Shown here in pieces: positions 47,029-56,596 of a stretch of 58,921 bases of DNA (positions are counted from its first letter, which is position 1; each line of letters begins with the position of its first letter). The translations under genes were made by a program, and so were the position numbers. The stretch is from a virus (Duplodnaviria > Caudoviricetes). The stretch is from the IMG/VR virus record IMGVR_UViG_3300018080_000203, positions 1 to 58,921 of that record. The stretch is one strand, 5' to 3'. Under the pieces are notes generated by a model. That model saw only the letters and a list, made by a program, of their open reading frames with translations. It did no database searches and was not told the DNA's origin.

Positions 47029-47296
47029 GCTGCCCCTCTTTAGCTTCTTCAAGCTTTGAATGAAGATCTCGGATTTCTTTAGCCGCACCATAAAGTAAAT
47101 TAGACACAGTTTTATCACCAAAACCGCCAGCAACAGTGCCATAAAGCACCGTGGCACGTGCATGATGCTCAAGAAACCTCGCATGCATAATCACGCGTGG
47201 TATATCCGAGGGATGTATCTTCAGATATCCGTCATCAATCAACTCACCGCCAAGAGACAGCACCTCTTCCTTTGTCCTCTTGTCTCTGCTCATCAC
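47021..47296 (-). CDS. hypothetical protein
   Basis: AAGGAGG SD. Confidence 0.6.
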   Translation of the reverse strand: MMSRDKRTKEEVLSLGGELIDDGYLKIHPSDIPRVIMHARFLEHHARATVLYGTVAGGFGDKTVSNLLYGAAKEIRDLHSKLEEAKEGQHE

Positions 47297-47456
47297 GCCT
47301 CCTTATACGGATTTCAGCCAGTCCTCCTGGATAACGCCGAATAGTCCACAAACGCCCGCAGTGCTCACATTCAACAGGTATGTCAATCTTTAGCTTTCCA
47401 GGCGATGGAACATTCCACCTGCTTTTCTTGCATGCACAAGAAGCCCACTCGTCCAT
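47244..47456 (-). CDS. Cys-containing hypothetical protein
   Basis: CxC, CxxC; overlaps the next gene by 53 bp. Confidence 0.45.
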   Translation of the reverse strand: MDEWASCACKKSRWNVPSPGKLKIDIPVECEHCGRLWTIRRYPGGLAEIRIRRRDEQRQEDKGRGAVSWR

Positions 47457-47457
47457 T

Positions 47458-47778
47458 TTACGGTCTCACCCTATGTTTGTATTTTCGTTTCGCCGCAAAC
47501 CGATCGCAACCTTCTTCGCTCTCGTGTTTCTCCTCGTTATCTCGACTAAAAATCAGCTTGCAATCTCCTTTGTTTGGCCTATACCATCCATTATACTTGT
47601 CCCACTTTGTATGCAATCTCCAATACTTGCAATGCCCACAGGTTTTTGGCCCGTCATAGATCAAGCGACCAAAAATGCGCCTCCACAACGACGGTTTCTC
47701 TTGCTTCTCCTCGTCACGACGAATAATCTCAGAAGAAAGTATTTCTAACTCTTTTCTGAGCTCTGATTCGTTATCCAT
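47458..47778 (-). CDS. hypothetical protein (CxxC...C...C)
   Basis: start MDNES, TGATG coupling; TCGHCKYW...GDC...CDRF. Confidence 0.6.
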   Translation of the reverse strand: MDNESELRKELEILSSEIIRRDEEKQEKPSLWRRIFGRLIYDGPKTCGHCKYWRLHTKWDKYNGWYRPNKGDCKLIFSRDNEEKHESEEGCDRFAAKRKYKHRVRP

Positions 47779-48083
47779 CACTCCACCTTGACAAGCTTTC
47801 CGTAAATAGCCGCACGAGAAATCCACCCGTTAATACGGCCTTTGTTATTGCCTATCTGGAAACCAGAACCACGAACCGCCAAAACATTGTGAAGGTAATC
47901 ATGCCCCTTTACTCTGCAAAGCACGATGTCACCTTTGATCGGATCGTTTTTAATGGGCTCTACAGTGCAAAGCTGCCCTGATCGAATCTTCGGAACCATA
48001 GAGTTACCGCGTGGCCGAAAACTCACAATCTCGCCAGCTTTTAATTTGGCTATATGCCCCGTAGCCCAGCTCAATTTTTCCAC
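47778..48083 (-). CDS. S24/S26 peptidase-like protein
   Basis: RGNSM.P.I.SG, GDIVL, YLH.V, I.G. Confidence 0.7.
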   Translation of the reverse strand: MEKLSWATGHIAKLKAGEIVSFRPRGNSMVPKIRSGQLCTVEPIKNDPIKGDIVLCRVKGHDYLHNVLAVRGSGFQIGNNKGRINGWISRAAIYGKLVKVE

Positions 48084-48201
48084 CTTTTAGATACCCATGC
48101 ACGAATCCATCGGATCATAAACCCAACAAACGGAAGTGCCATGAGTACAATCATCGTCTCGTTATGACACCAATGCATATATCACCTCAAAACAATAATT
48201 C

Positions 48202-48444
48202 TCAAAGAAAACTATCAAGCCAATCTCGTTTGACAGGACTTCCATGAAACGACGGCTTAGCCTCGCACTTCGGGCAATACGGCACCGCCTCATATTCGCA
48301 CCTTCCAGAACCTGACAACGGAAAAGGCCCATCATGGATTGCATGTGCCACCGTCGTCCATAAGATACCAGACCCACATATCTTGCAGATCCAACTTCCA
48401 TCAGGGTTCTTGAGTGCTTTTTTTGACAGCTCACTCTTGTTCAT
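48202..48444 (-). CDS. Zn-ribbon protein (paralog of 50139..50429)
   Basis: W.CxxC...IH...SG.G....PYCPKCE.P. Confidence 0.65.
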   Translation of the reverse strand: MNKSELSKKALKNPDGSWICKICGSGILWTTVAHAIHDGPFPLSGSGRCEYEAVPYCPKCEAKPSFHGSPVKRDWLDSFL

Positions 48445-48815
48445 ATGATCCCTCCGCTCTTGTCCTTGTATATATCAGGACCAGAACATGCAATTTCTTG
48501 ACGCTTTCTTGATTTAATATTGACAGCAACAAGTCTTCTGATATCGTTCTTTATCACACTCCTACTTGTCCCACATGGACAAAATATCGATTGAACCGCA
48601 AGAGTATCATGCAGCGCACAAACCAAACCACTAACAACGTCTGAGCTTGCCCATGTTTTTCTAGATACTTGCATGATTCTATCTAAAATTCTTGAGCTAT
48701 TTATACACTCTTCCAAATCAACCTCATAACGACAATTCTTAGAAAACATCAAAACCAATCTTTCTACATCTAACACCCACCCATTCCATCCTTTGAAAAA
48801 TTCAAATTCATCCAT
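48441..48815 (-). CDS. hypothetical protein
   Basis: YEVDLE.C.....LD.I.Q...K.W motif; GGAGG SD. Confidence 0.65.
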   Translation of the reverse strand: MDEFEFFKGWNGWVLDVERLVLMFSKNCRYEVDLEECINSSRILDRIMQVSRKTWASSDVVSGLVCALHDTLAVQSIFCPCGTSRSVIKNDIRRLVAVNIKSRKRQEIACSGPDIYKDKSGGII

Positions 48816-48838
48816 ATGATCCCTCCAAGAGCTATCAA

Positions 48839-49318
48839 CTATTTCAACATCAAAGACGAATAAAATTCATCTCGCTCATTGTCGTTCTTTAGGTTATACG
48901 TCTTGACTCCATGAGCCACAGCACACCTCAAGGCGTAGCCTGTGCCGCCGTCCTGAAGCCCAGCAGGCGTCCAGTATACAAGAAACTCAGATGGAGTGCA
49001 GCCGTCCGAACCGAGCACCTGCATCATGTTTCGCGCCAAAAGACGTTGAACTGATCTCTTCATGTTTTCGAATGGAGGTCTGTTTGGTGGAATATGTTTC
49101 TTTACCTCAACAAAACACCAATCTGGTATCAAGTCACAAGAACGATAAATCCTCTTGTTACTCGCCCCTCTCTCAAAAGCAGAATCAGCCCCTTTAGCGC
49201 CCCCAGAGCGCAAAGAATAACCACGAGAAGCAAGCGTTGCAGCAATCTTCTCAAGTTCTTCAAGGACATGCTCAGGAGTTTTTCGGCTTCCAATACCAGT
49301 ATACCATTTAGTTTCCAT
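48839..49318 (-). CDS. SLOG/DprA-like nucleotide-binding protein
   Basis: YTGIGSR.TP, LRSGGA.GAD.AFE, ARN..QVLG, GGTG; start METKW. Confidence 0.8.
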   Translation of the reverse strand: METKWYTGIGSRKTPEHVLEELEKIAATLASRGYSLRSGGAKGADSAFERGASNKRIYRSCDLIPDWCFVEVKKHIPPNRPPFENMKRSVQRLLARNMMQVLGSDGCTPSEFLVYWTPAGLQDGGTGYALRCAVAHGVKTYNLKNDNERDEFYSSLMLK

Positions 49319-49634
49319 CTTGGTCCTCCTTGCCTTTGAAATGCGCAACAACTTTATGCGCAAATTCTTTGAGATATTTAGCGAATCCTTCTGTAGGATA
49401 AAGCCTTTCAATTGCTTCAGGATTCTTCTCGTGAATCATTTTGAAACACCTCTCACACACAACGATAGGAACAGTTCCAACTGCCTCTTTCCATGGTTTC
49501 TCTCTTCCAAAAGAACCAAATTTACGAGTTCCAATCACAGCGAGATCAAGTCGCTTGGTCGGCTTCGCGCCACATCTTCTTATTGAACACACATCATTAT
49601 GTCCAAAAGTTTTCCACATCGGTTTATTGGCCAT
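49308..49634 (-). CDS. hypothetical protein
   Basis: start MANKP after GGAG; CxxxxC...CxxC. Confidence 0.55.
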   Translation of the reverse strand: MANKPMWKTFGHNDVCSIRRCGAKPTKRLDLAVIGTRKFGSFGREKPWKEAVGTVPIVVCERCFKMIHEKNPEAIERLYPTEGFAKYLKEFAHKVVAHFKGKEDQDGN

Positions 49635-50094
49635 TTGTTCTCCCTTTGTCATCCGGAGCAGAAAGCTCCAAAATTGGATCAAAGATCTGTTCAACTTTGA
49701 TTGGCGAAAGATCAGGCAAAGGAACCCCCACAGAACCCAATACATCCTCCACTCCACATCCTTTTTCGTGCCAATCGTCGACCAACCAAACCAATCTAGT
49801 CTGACCATCCCACCCAATAGGTTTTATAGAAACATTGTTGTCACAAAGAATGATTTTCTCCCTCATCTCTTTCATATGATCTTTGGCTTCATCAAATGTT
49901 GCAGCACCTATGGTGTGATGCATCTTTGATTTGAGCCGAACACACCTTGTCTCAAGATCTTGATAAGGAACAGGATGCTCCTCAAAAAAACAAACATGAT
50001 ACCGACCAGTGTCTACATCACGAAGAATGCATAAAATATCAAATGGTCCTCCGGTATAGCTCTTCATATCCATGTTCTGTATCAGCATCGCCAC
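49624..50094 (-). CDS. hypothetical protein
   Basis: R.KSK.HHT.G motif; GAGG SD. Confidence 0.65.
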   Translation of the reverse strand: MAMLIQNMDMKSYTGGPFDILCILRDVDTGRYHVCFFEEHPVPYQDLETRCVRLKSKMHHTIGAATFDEAKDHMKEMREKIILCDNNVSIKPIGWDGQTRLVWLVDDWHEKGCGVEDVLGSVGVPLPDLSPIKVEQIFDPILELSAPDDKGRTNGQ

Positions 50095-50138
50095 ACACCT
50101 CGCTTGTTATTTGTGAATCTTCTTTTATGTCTCTTGTT

Positions 50139-50429
50139 TTACTCATGCCAGCACGCACGATATCCACCGTGTTCGTCTTTTTTAGGTTCTCCTTCGCACT
50201 TAGGACAATACGGTATTTCTATGGGCTTGACCTCGCCCCACCCAGAACAATTGTTTCTAACAACGCAATGGATTGACACATAGCACGTAACGGACAATAC
50301 AACTGTGTTACATTCATTGCATCGCCACATCTTCTCGTCCTCCGTATCGAGGTGATAATTCCCGGCCACATGATTAGCAATATCATCTATGAACTCTTTT
50401 TTCGTCCGTTTGCTTTCTGGTATGTTCAT
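50139..50429 (-). CDS. Zn-ribbon protein (paralog of 48202..48444)
   Basis: WRCNEC...PYCPKCEGEP. Confidence 0.65.
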   Translation of the reverse strand: MNIPESKRTKKEFIDDIANHVAGNYHLDTEDEKMWRCNECNTVVLSVTCYVSIHCVVRNNCSGWGEVKPIEIPYCPKCEGEPKKDEHGGYRACWHE

Positions 50430-50441
50430 CTTCGATCCCCT

Positions 50442-51005
50442 TTATCTCACTAAAAACCAACGAAACAATTTTGTTCTTCTTGAAATAGCAAGACTCCTAA
50501 GTCTACGAATCGCTTTCGCTTCCAACGGTCGAACACGTTCTTTTCGAACACCTAAAATATTCGCAACTTCATCAACAGTCATTTTTTTTACAACTTTCTC
50601 ATTAACAAGACCAAACCGCATTCGTAAAATTCTTTCATCACGCTCTGACAAAAGACCAAGAGCCTCATCAATATAAATCCTCAGCTCTACATTATCATAT
50701 GCATCTGCAACAACGGCTGAAGCTGCACGAGAATACTCACTATGTAATAAAGTAGCTTCATAAACTTCAGTCTTATTCGACACCTCACCAAAAATTTCAT
50801 CTGAATCAATCCCAAAAAAAGAAGCTATAGCTCTTGCTGTGCTAGTCAACTGTCCATTCTTTTTTTTACACGACAAACTCCCACACTCATACCGTTGATA
50901 TGCTGTTCTACTGACCCCTATACACTGAGCCATTTCAATCTGACTCAACCCAATTTCTTTTCTCGCATTCCTTAACCAATTATTCATTTTAATCAATCTC
51001 TCCAT
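50442..51005 (-). CDS. XRE-HTH + sigma70 region-4 fusion regulator
   Basis: LRNARKEIGLSQ.EMA..IGVS...Y..YE.G; LSER...ILRMRFGL...T.DEVA..LGV.KERVR..E.KA.RRLR. Confidence 0.85.
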   Translation of the reverse strand: MERLIKMNNWLRNARKEIGLSQIEMAQCIGVSRTAYQRYECGSLSCKKKNGQLTSTARAIASFFGIDSDEIFGEVSNKTEVYEATLLHSEYSRAASAVVADAYDNVELRIYIDEALGLLSERDERILRMRFGLVNEKVVKKMTVDEVANILGVRKERVRPLEAKAIRRLRSLAISRRTKLFRWFLVR

Positions 51006-51034
51006 CAGTCATTATTGAATCTCACTCAAAATCA

Positions 51035-51907
51035 TCATGGTCTCATCCACTCCAACGTCAAAATCATAAACCTAGTGTTCAATGTAGGTTTCGCGCCTTT
51101 TCTCTCTATTTCATAAAGCATTGGTTTTCTCTTAGACTTAGATCCAATCGCCCATGGCAACGATCTACCAGGCAAAACAGCAACTTCAGTACCATACATA
51201 AAATGATCAGCACATAAATCACACAATCCCATCCATCGTTTCTTGAGCATCACTTCACAAGTCGCATCACGATCAATACAATGATGGCAATATGTCGGAT
51301 TTTTTAAGTACCTTTTCCTTGGAACAAACCTGTCGTCATAGCATATCTTTGAGCAATAAATCTCCTCATCATGACAAACTCCGCTCGAACGCTCAAATAT
51401 CGTCTCGCAGACTGGACAATTACAAAACTCTTTTGTTGACTTATCACAACATATCTTTGAACAATAAATCTCGTTACCACGACGAACTCCGCTCGAACGT
51501 TCAAATATCGTTTCGCAACCTGAACAATTGCAAAACTCTTTTTTTGACTGATAATAGCAATCTCTCGAACAATAAGGCCCTCTTTTTCCAGCCCTGACAC
51601 GTGCTAATTCTGCGCGGCGGCTTTTCCAAAATTTGATTCCACAAAAAACACAACTCAACTCGACTTCAACAGGTGGTCTAGTGATCCGCCGCACGACAGG
51701 CCGAACGACGGAAGCAACCCTTGCAACCTTTTTTGGCTTCTGCTTTTTGCGGCTCCGAATAACACGCTTAGCTGCCTCTTTTACAGATTCGTCGACTTCA
51801 TTGTCATAACAATCCTTGAAAAATTTAATATCTCGCTCATGGATATACTTTTCGATCATTTTGTCGACAGCACTTGGCAATGGAATCGCTTTCTTCTTAT
51901 CAGCCAT
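51035..51907 (-). CDS. multi-Zn-finger (TRASH-like CxxC...YCSxxC repeat) protein
   Basis: three CxxC..YCS..C units, 102-bp tandem DNA duplication; start MADKK. Confidence 0.7.
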   Translation of the reverse strand: MADKKKAIPLPSAVDKMIEKYIHERDIKFFKDCYDNEVDESVKEAAKRVIRSRKKQKPKKVARVASVVRPVVRRITRPPVEVELSCVFCGIKFWKSRRAELARVRAGKRGPYCSRDCYYQSKKEFCNCSGCETIFERSSGVRRGNEIYCSKICCDKSTKEFCNCPVCETIFERSSGVCHDEEIYCSKICYDDRFVPRKRYLKNPTYCHHCIDRDATCEVMLKKRWMGLCDLCADHFMYGTEVAVLPGRSLPWAIGSKSKRKPMLYEIERKGAKPTLNTRFMILTLEWMRP

Positions 51908-52262
51908 TACCAAACCTCGCTCCAAGTCTCTCAAAAATCTCCCACATCATTTCTATGTGCTGAATTTCTTCCTGAGTAACAACAATGGATTCAAAAATTC
52001 GCTTCATATAAAGTTCATCTATAACACCACAAATACCAAGTTTTCTTTGTTCTCTTAGTGACTTTGCAAACTTATGTATCTTTGCCGCATCTTCAATAAA
52101 AATACTCCTATCCACCAAAACCCTCCTTGCCGACGTTTGAAAAGGAGGTTTTTTAGACTCATGCTGACAAACACCTCGATCAGTCGACGCATAATACCAC
52201 TGACTTTTGTGAAGACGGCATTTCAAACAATGATGATAATAATCAATTTCTTCATCAGACAT
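51900..52262 (-). CDS. hypothetical protein, paralog of 52255..52461 with extra Cys-rich N-terminus
   Basis: start MSDEE; shared C-terminus MW.IFE.LGARFGN. Confidence 0.65.
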   Translation of the reverse strand: MSDEEIDYYHHCLKCRLHKSQWYYASTDRGVCQHESKKPPFQTSARRVLVDRSIFIEDAAKIHKFAKSLREQRKLGICGVIDELYMKRIFESIVVTQEEIQHIEMMWEIFERLGARFGNG

Positions 52263-52461
52263 TACCAAACCTCGCTCCAAGTTCTTCAAAAATCCCCCAC
52301 ATCTCTTTGACGTGTTTCTCTTCTTCATAAGTGGGCTGAGTATTCAATCTCACTGCGAATTCATCCATAATATCTGTGCCAAGTTCTCGTTGACGTATCC
52401 TTAATTTTTTCATTTTGTAAGCCCTCGCCGCCTGTGCAAAAAAAGTACGCTTATCCATCAA
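52255..52461 (-). CDS. hypothetical protein
   Basis: GGAGG SD; paralogy with the adjacent gene. Confidence 0.65.
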   Translation of the reverse strand: MMDKRTFFAQAARAYKMKKLRIRQRELGTDIMDEFAVRLNTQPTYEEEKHVKEMWGIFEELGARFGNV

Positions 52462-52918
52462 AATCCTCCTCCCCTAGTTCATCAAGCATTTTGACAAATA
52501 CACTTCGAGGAATAGCGATCCAATCCTGCTCGGCCGTCGTCACTGGCTTGCCGAGCTTACGCCACAACTCAGACGCTAAGCGACCGAGCACCAATTCGTT
52601 AAATCTAATCGCCAAGAATGGATACTTGAATAAATCAGCAGCCTCACTCGTGATCTTGTTGAGCCACTGAGCCTCAAGTCTCAACGACTTCCCTTGTGTA
52701 GTTTTGCACTCACCATGAAACTCGAAGAGACCAGCTCCAACATGGGCAACATCTCCTTTTGCGTCACAACGGCTCCCAGAGCCCTTTTGACGACGCCCTC
52801 CAAGAGCCTTAGCAGTGGACTCCTCGTGAGCCCTTGGAGCCTTGTGGCGTGCTCTGCGCCCATCAGCGTCATCGCCACCGTATGGACCATGCAATGGTGG
52901 ACGTTTTTTATCCCTCAT
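52451..52918 (-). CDS. Holliday-junction-resolvase-like PD-(D/E)XK nuclease
   Basis: HE...A..LGG.RQ.GSG....KGDV...ECKTT. Confidence 0.75.
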   Translation of the reverse strand: MRDKKRPPLHGPYGGDDADGRRARHKAPRAHEESTAKALGGRRQKGSGSRCDAKGDVAHVGAGLFEFHGECKTTQGKSLRLEAQWLNKITSEAADLFKYPFLAIRFNELVLGRLASELWRKLGKPVTTAEQDWIAIPRSVFVKMLDELGEEDFDG

Positions 52919-53258
52919 CGATTATCCCGAGTACGCTATCTATCACTTCATCAACTACACCACCAACGGCACACCAAGTCGAAGTAACGAGAAATCTCTT
53001 AATCTTTGCAATCAACTTGTCCTTATGCTCCAATCCTCGCTCATACCACACCTTCTCTGTGTGACCAACCCACCCACCACATTTTGAGCAAATGTACTTT
53101 TGCAAGTGCAACGGTATCAATGATCGATCACACTGAAAATCGTGAGGTCCCTCGCACTCTTCGAGCCGTCTGTCGCGCTCTTCGCAAACCAACCTATACT
53201 CTTGAAGATTATTCTCGACGACTTCCATTTGTCTCACAAACTCACTCTTCTCTGGCAT
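52908..53258 (-). CDS. hypothetical protein
   Basis: start MPEKS after GGAG; C..PH.F...CSKCGG. Confidence 0.6.
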   Translation of the reverse strand: MPEKSEFVRQMEVVENNLQEYRLVCEERDRRLEECEGPHDFQCDRSLIPLHLQKYICSKCGGWVGHTEKVWYERGLEHKDKLIAKIKRFLVTSTWCAVGGVVDEVIDSVLGIIDEG

Positions 53259-53331
53259 TGTTTGACGCTCCAAAAAGGCAAAACACAACCCTAGTATGGT
53301 GTCACAAATTACGTCTGTCAATAGGCTAAAT

Positions 53332-53658
53332 TTATGAATTAGGCTCGGTGATCCATGTTCTAAGACGAACAATCTTACATTCTAACAAATTACCTTTGTT
53401 CTTGCGTTCACGCGAAGTAGGAAGACGATTTCTCAAGCTCATTGAAACCTCATCATCAGGTACGCGGTTTTCAGCCCCACACACTTCGCATTCAAACCAC
53501 ACGTCATCCCAGTCATTAGAAGTCTCGCAAGGCGCACGCCCAATACTACGACTCAAGTCCGGCTCTTCTATACCCAAAGTCGAAGTACAATCAGCACATT
53601 TTACACGCCGCTGCCACGCCTTCGGTTTTTGTTTTTCTACACGATGAAAGACTTTCAT
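53332..53658 (-). CDS. Zn-ribbon hypothetical protein
   Basis: CADC...CEVC; GGAGG SD. Confidence 0.6.
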   Translation of the reverse strand: MKVFHRVEKQKPKAWQRRVKCADCTSTLGIEEPDLSRSIGRAPCETSNDWDDVWFECEVCGAENRVPDDEVSMSLRNRLPTSRERKNKGNLLECKIVRLRTWITEPNS

Positions 53659-54404
53659 CGACCTCCTCCTTTACCTACAAACTTGAACTGCGAAATATAA
53701 ACCATTTGACCAGTCGTACCTTTGCTGATTTTTTCAATACATGCATCGCACGTTACATAAGACATCGAACGCCCATCTTTGGTCTCAAGAACAGGTGGGT
53801 TACAACCGCTTGAATTGCACTCTTTATCTGTTCCACAAACTGGACATCTGTGAATATGGTGTAGCTTTTCCTCTGTCTTACAGATTGGAGATCGATTAGT
53901 GTGCTGTAACTCTTCCTTTACCTTCTCTAAAACCTCTGTTGGATGGATGCTCTGTAGGTTTTCTTCTATCTTCGCTCCAATGTCTGTTTTGTACCACCCA
54001 GAATTCGCATCCTGAGCTACAGCACCCCTTGCCTTGAGCACCTTAAGATGAATCCTCATAAACGCCATATCCATATTGAACTCCTTGGCCAACATTGATA
54101 CGCGCCACGCCCTCCTTTTCTCCAATATCTTCAAAACGTCAATTTCTATTTCTGATAATGGTATCCGTATATTGTCATTTACAACAAAGAAAGAGATGAT
54201 TACACTTACCCCTTTTCGTGTTCTATACAAAGTCTTATCTTTTCGCTCAAATACATACCCTTCATTGATCAGTTTTTCTACACGACATGATAATATTGCT
54301 TTTTTTGTGCTCAATCTCTTTGCCAACTTACACAAATCCAACCCTTTATCAGACAACATCACAAGTATCTCTACGTCTTTCTTGTCGATTACGTTCTCCA
54401 ACAA
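53655..54404 (-). CDS. tandem winged-HTH protein with C-terminal Zn finger
   Basis: two IL..L...LA......L...G.V wHTH-like units; CPVC...CDAC. Confidence 0.6.
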   Translation of the reverse strand: MLENVIDKKDVEILVMLSDKGLDLCKLAKRLSTKKAILSCRVEKLINEGYVFERKDKTLYRTRKGVSVIISFFVVNDNIRIPLSEIEIDVLKILEKRRAWRVSMLAKEFNMDMAFMRIHLKVLKARGAVAQDANSGWYKTDIGAKIEENLQSIHPTEVLEKVKEELQHTNRSPICKTEEKLHHIHRCPVCGTDKECNSSGCNPPVLETKDGRSMSYVTCDACIEKISKGTTGQMVYISQFKFVGKGGGR

Positions 54405-54430
54405 GAAAATCTTGTCTTGATCATGGGTTG

Positions 54431-54658
54431 TTATTTTTTTTTTGAATCTCTTATTGATGTTTGCTCAAGACTTTCGAATTCAATGAGCTTCAACATACGA
54501 CGGATTGTGTTGTTGTAATCCTCTCTAGCAGCAAGAGTTTTTATCTTTTCCAAGAGCTGACTGCACGTTTTTTCGGCCACCTTCCTCTGAGCATCAGCTC
54601 TCTCGTATTCAACAAACAATTCAATCAATTCCCTCATAACAACACCTTTTGTTTTCAC
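54431..54658 (-). CDS. hypothetical protein
   Basis: short helical ORF; start uncertain. Confidence 0.5.
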   Translation of the reverse strand: MKTKGVVMRELIELFVEYERADAQRKVAEKTCSQLLEKIKTLAAREDYNNTIRRMLKLIEFESLEQTSIRDSKKK

Positions 54659-55089
54659 ATATCTAAAATTCTTGAAATCTTAATTCCAATCCTTTTTGCA
54701 AAAGAAAATACTTTATCGTCCTTTCTGTAAGATTGTCTGTAATAAATGGCTTTGATACCAGCATTTGCAATCATTTTGAAGCACAACCAACACGGAATTG
54801 CAGTCACATAAATCGAACTCCCCTTGATCGCTACTCCATTCATGGCCGCCTGAATAATCGCGTTAGCCTCAGCGTGGACTGTCCTAACGCAATGATTTTC
54901 CTCTAGCAAGTGACCCTCGTCATCACAATGAGGAAGCCCACGGATCGAACCATTGTATCCAGTGGAAAGAATGGTTCTGTCCCTTACAATAACAGCGCCA
55001 ACATTACAACGGTCACATGTTGACCTCGTGGCCACCTTCTCAGCTATTCCCATGAAATACTCGTCCCAAGACACTCGATCAGTCATCAC
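54655..55089 (-). CDS. dCMP deaminase (ComEB family)
   Basis: WDEYFM.IA...RSTC...VGA, TGYNG, HAE.NA, PCWLC. Confidence 0.95.
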   Translation of the reverse strand: MMTDRVSWDEYFMGIAEKVATRSTCDRCNVGAVIVRDRTILSTGYNGSIRGLPHCDDEGHLLEENHCVRTVHAEANAIIQAAMNGVAIKGSSIYVTAIPCWLCFKMIANAGIKAIYYRQSYRKDDKVFSFAKRIGIKISRILDM

Positions 55090-55095
55090 AGCCTC

Positions 55096-55284
55096 TCAAT
55101 TCTTGAAGTAGCTCCATTCTAGATCGTCAGGAGGATCAGATTTCAACTCCTTTTTCATTTTTTCGATGTGTTCTTTTGCTTCTTGCGGGATAGAAAAACC
55201 ACCAACACAAGGCGATTCACCATCACCATTCCACCTCGGATCTGACTCAGAAGAAACACACCACGAACCTGCCTTCATAACCAT
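55096..55284 (-). CDS. hypothetical protein
   Basis: S.SDPRW...PP.DLE motif; GAGG SD. Confidence 0.6.
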   Translation of the reverse strand: MVMKAGSWCVSSESDPRWNGDGESPCVGGFSIPQEAKEHIEKMKKELKSDPPDDLEWSYFKN

Positions 55285-55295
55285 AGCTCACCTCA

Positions 55296-55925
55296 CTATC
55301 GATAAGTTTTTCTCAATTCTACCTCTCGATTCGACCAAAGATATGTTGAGACAGCCCTGTCATATTGAAACGTTAATTCAAAAGCAGTCTCAGCACACCA
55401 AAGCCTAAATTGATCCGAAAGAGCACCACCATGATTATCGAGCTCTTCCAGAAGATCTTCGTATTGTTCTGGACTAGTTATGACAGCGATTGACTTCCAG
55501 TTTTTAGCCGCCGCTCGGATCATGCAAGGGCCACCAATATCAATGTTTTCAACAGCTTCTTCCATCGTACAATCATTTCTTGCAATCGTATTCTCAAACG
55601 GATAGAGGTTGCAAACAACGAGATCGATAGGCTTGATCCCGAGCTCATCAGCTTGACGTTGATGCTCCTCATTGTCCCTGTCGTAAAGAAGAGCACTCTC
55701 GAAATTGAACGAAATCGTCTTCATTCGTCCAGAAAAGTAAGAGTCTTTTTCGTTTCCAGTGATGTCCCGAATAGGAATTACTGGAACACCTGCTCCTTCA
55801 ATGACTCTTGCCGTTCCTCCAGTGCTGACAATCTCTATTCCTCTCCTCCTGAAGCTCTTGGTTAACGCAACGATTCCAGTCTTGTTACTGACGCTACAAA
55901 CGGCTCGTCTTACTTTGCGCATCAC
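55296..55925 (-). CDS. purH: IMP cyclohydrolase domain of PurH (stand-alone N-terminal half)
   Basis: SV.NKTG, STGGT, GR.KT, IDLVV.NLYPF, ENIDIGGP.M.RAAAKN, AF..T..YD; no transformylase domain. Confidence 0.9.
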   Translation of the reverse strand: MMRKVRRAVCSVSNKTGIVALTKSFRRRGIEIVSTGGTARVIEGAGVPVIPIRDITGNEKDSYFSGRMKTISFNFESALLYDRDNEEHQRQADELGIKPIDLVVCNLYPFENTIARNDCTMEEAVENIDIGGPCMIRAAAKNWKSIAVITSPEQYEDLLEELDNHGGALSDQFRLWCAETAFELTFQYDRAVSTYLWSNREVELRKTYR

Positions 55926-56269
55926 GCCTCCCTTATGATGAATCTAACGATTTTGTACCCATCCTGACTTCTTTCTACTTCCATCGCAACGAAGCCATAA
56001 CCATCATCATTAATGCCAACGATTCCGTTTATAATTCCAAGTGTTCCAATATTTGGAGAACGCCCTTCTCGCTCACGCACCTGAATAGTTGGATCATTGG
56101 CAAGTTTTCTATTACAAAAGACTCTATTCTCAAACAAAGCACTAATTGCATGTGGATCGCTCTCTAAAGCTCGATTAAGCACAGCCACAACATGTTTCGC
56201 CAGCTCAACCTTTTCCTTCGCCTCTCTCTCAGCCGCTAACTTCTCGTCATCTGGAAAAGAAAACACCAT
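55922..56269 (-). CDS. hypothetical protein
   Basis: LN.AL..DP.AI..L...RV.CN..LA.DPTIQV motif; GGAGG SD. Confidence 0.7.
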   Translation of the reverse strand: MVFSFPDDEKLAAEREAKEKVELAKHVVAVLNRALESDPHAISALFENRVFCNRKLANDPTIQVREREGRSPNIGTLGIINGIVGINDDGYGFVAMEVERSQDGYKIVRFIIREA

Positions 56270-56350
56270 CTTACCTCCAATGTTCTAAGATTCCTGCTTT
56301 TACTCAGTGTTCTTCTCAGGCTCTACTTCTTCAATGGTCACAGGAGGTAT

Positions 56351-56596
56351 CTAAAGTGTTTCCTCGCGATACTTCTCGTGACTCTCTCTAAGATGCTCCT
56401 CGTAGGCTGCTACTGACTCATCGGCTGCCTTGACAGCACAACGTCTTGCATAATCCAAAAGCTGTTTTCCATGGTATCGATGACTTGTAGTACGCATTAC
56501 GTACCAGTTAATACACCCAAAAGTAGAAGCCCATACTAGGCGTATTGTCTCCTCTTCTCCTCTTGTCAGCGGAACGTCAGGTTTTACCATGGTCAT
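56351..56596 (-). CDS. hypothetical protein
   Basis: AAGGAG SD, ATGA overlap. Confidence 0.55.
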   Translation of the reverse strand: MTMVKPDVPLTRGEEETIRLVWASTFGCINWYVMRTTSHRYHGKQLLDYARRCAVKAADESVAAYEEHLRESHEKYREETL

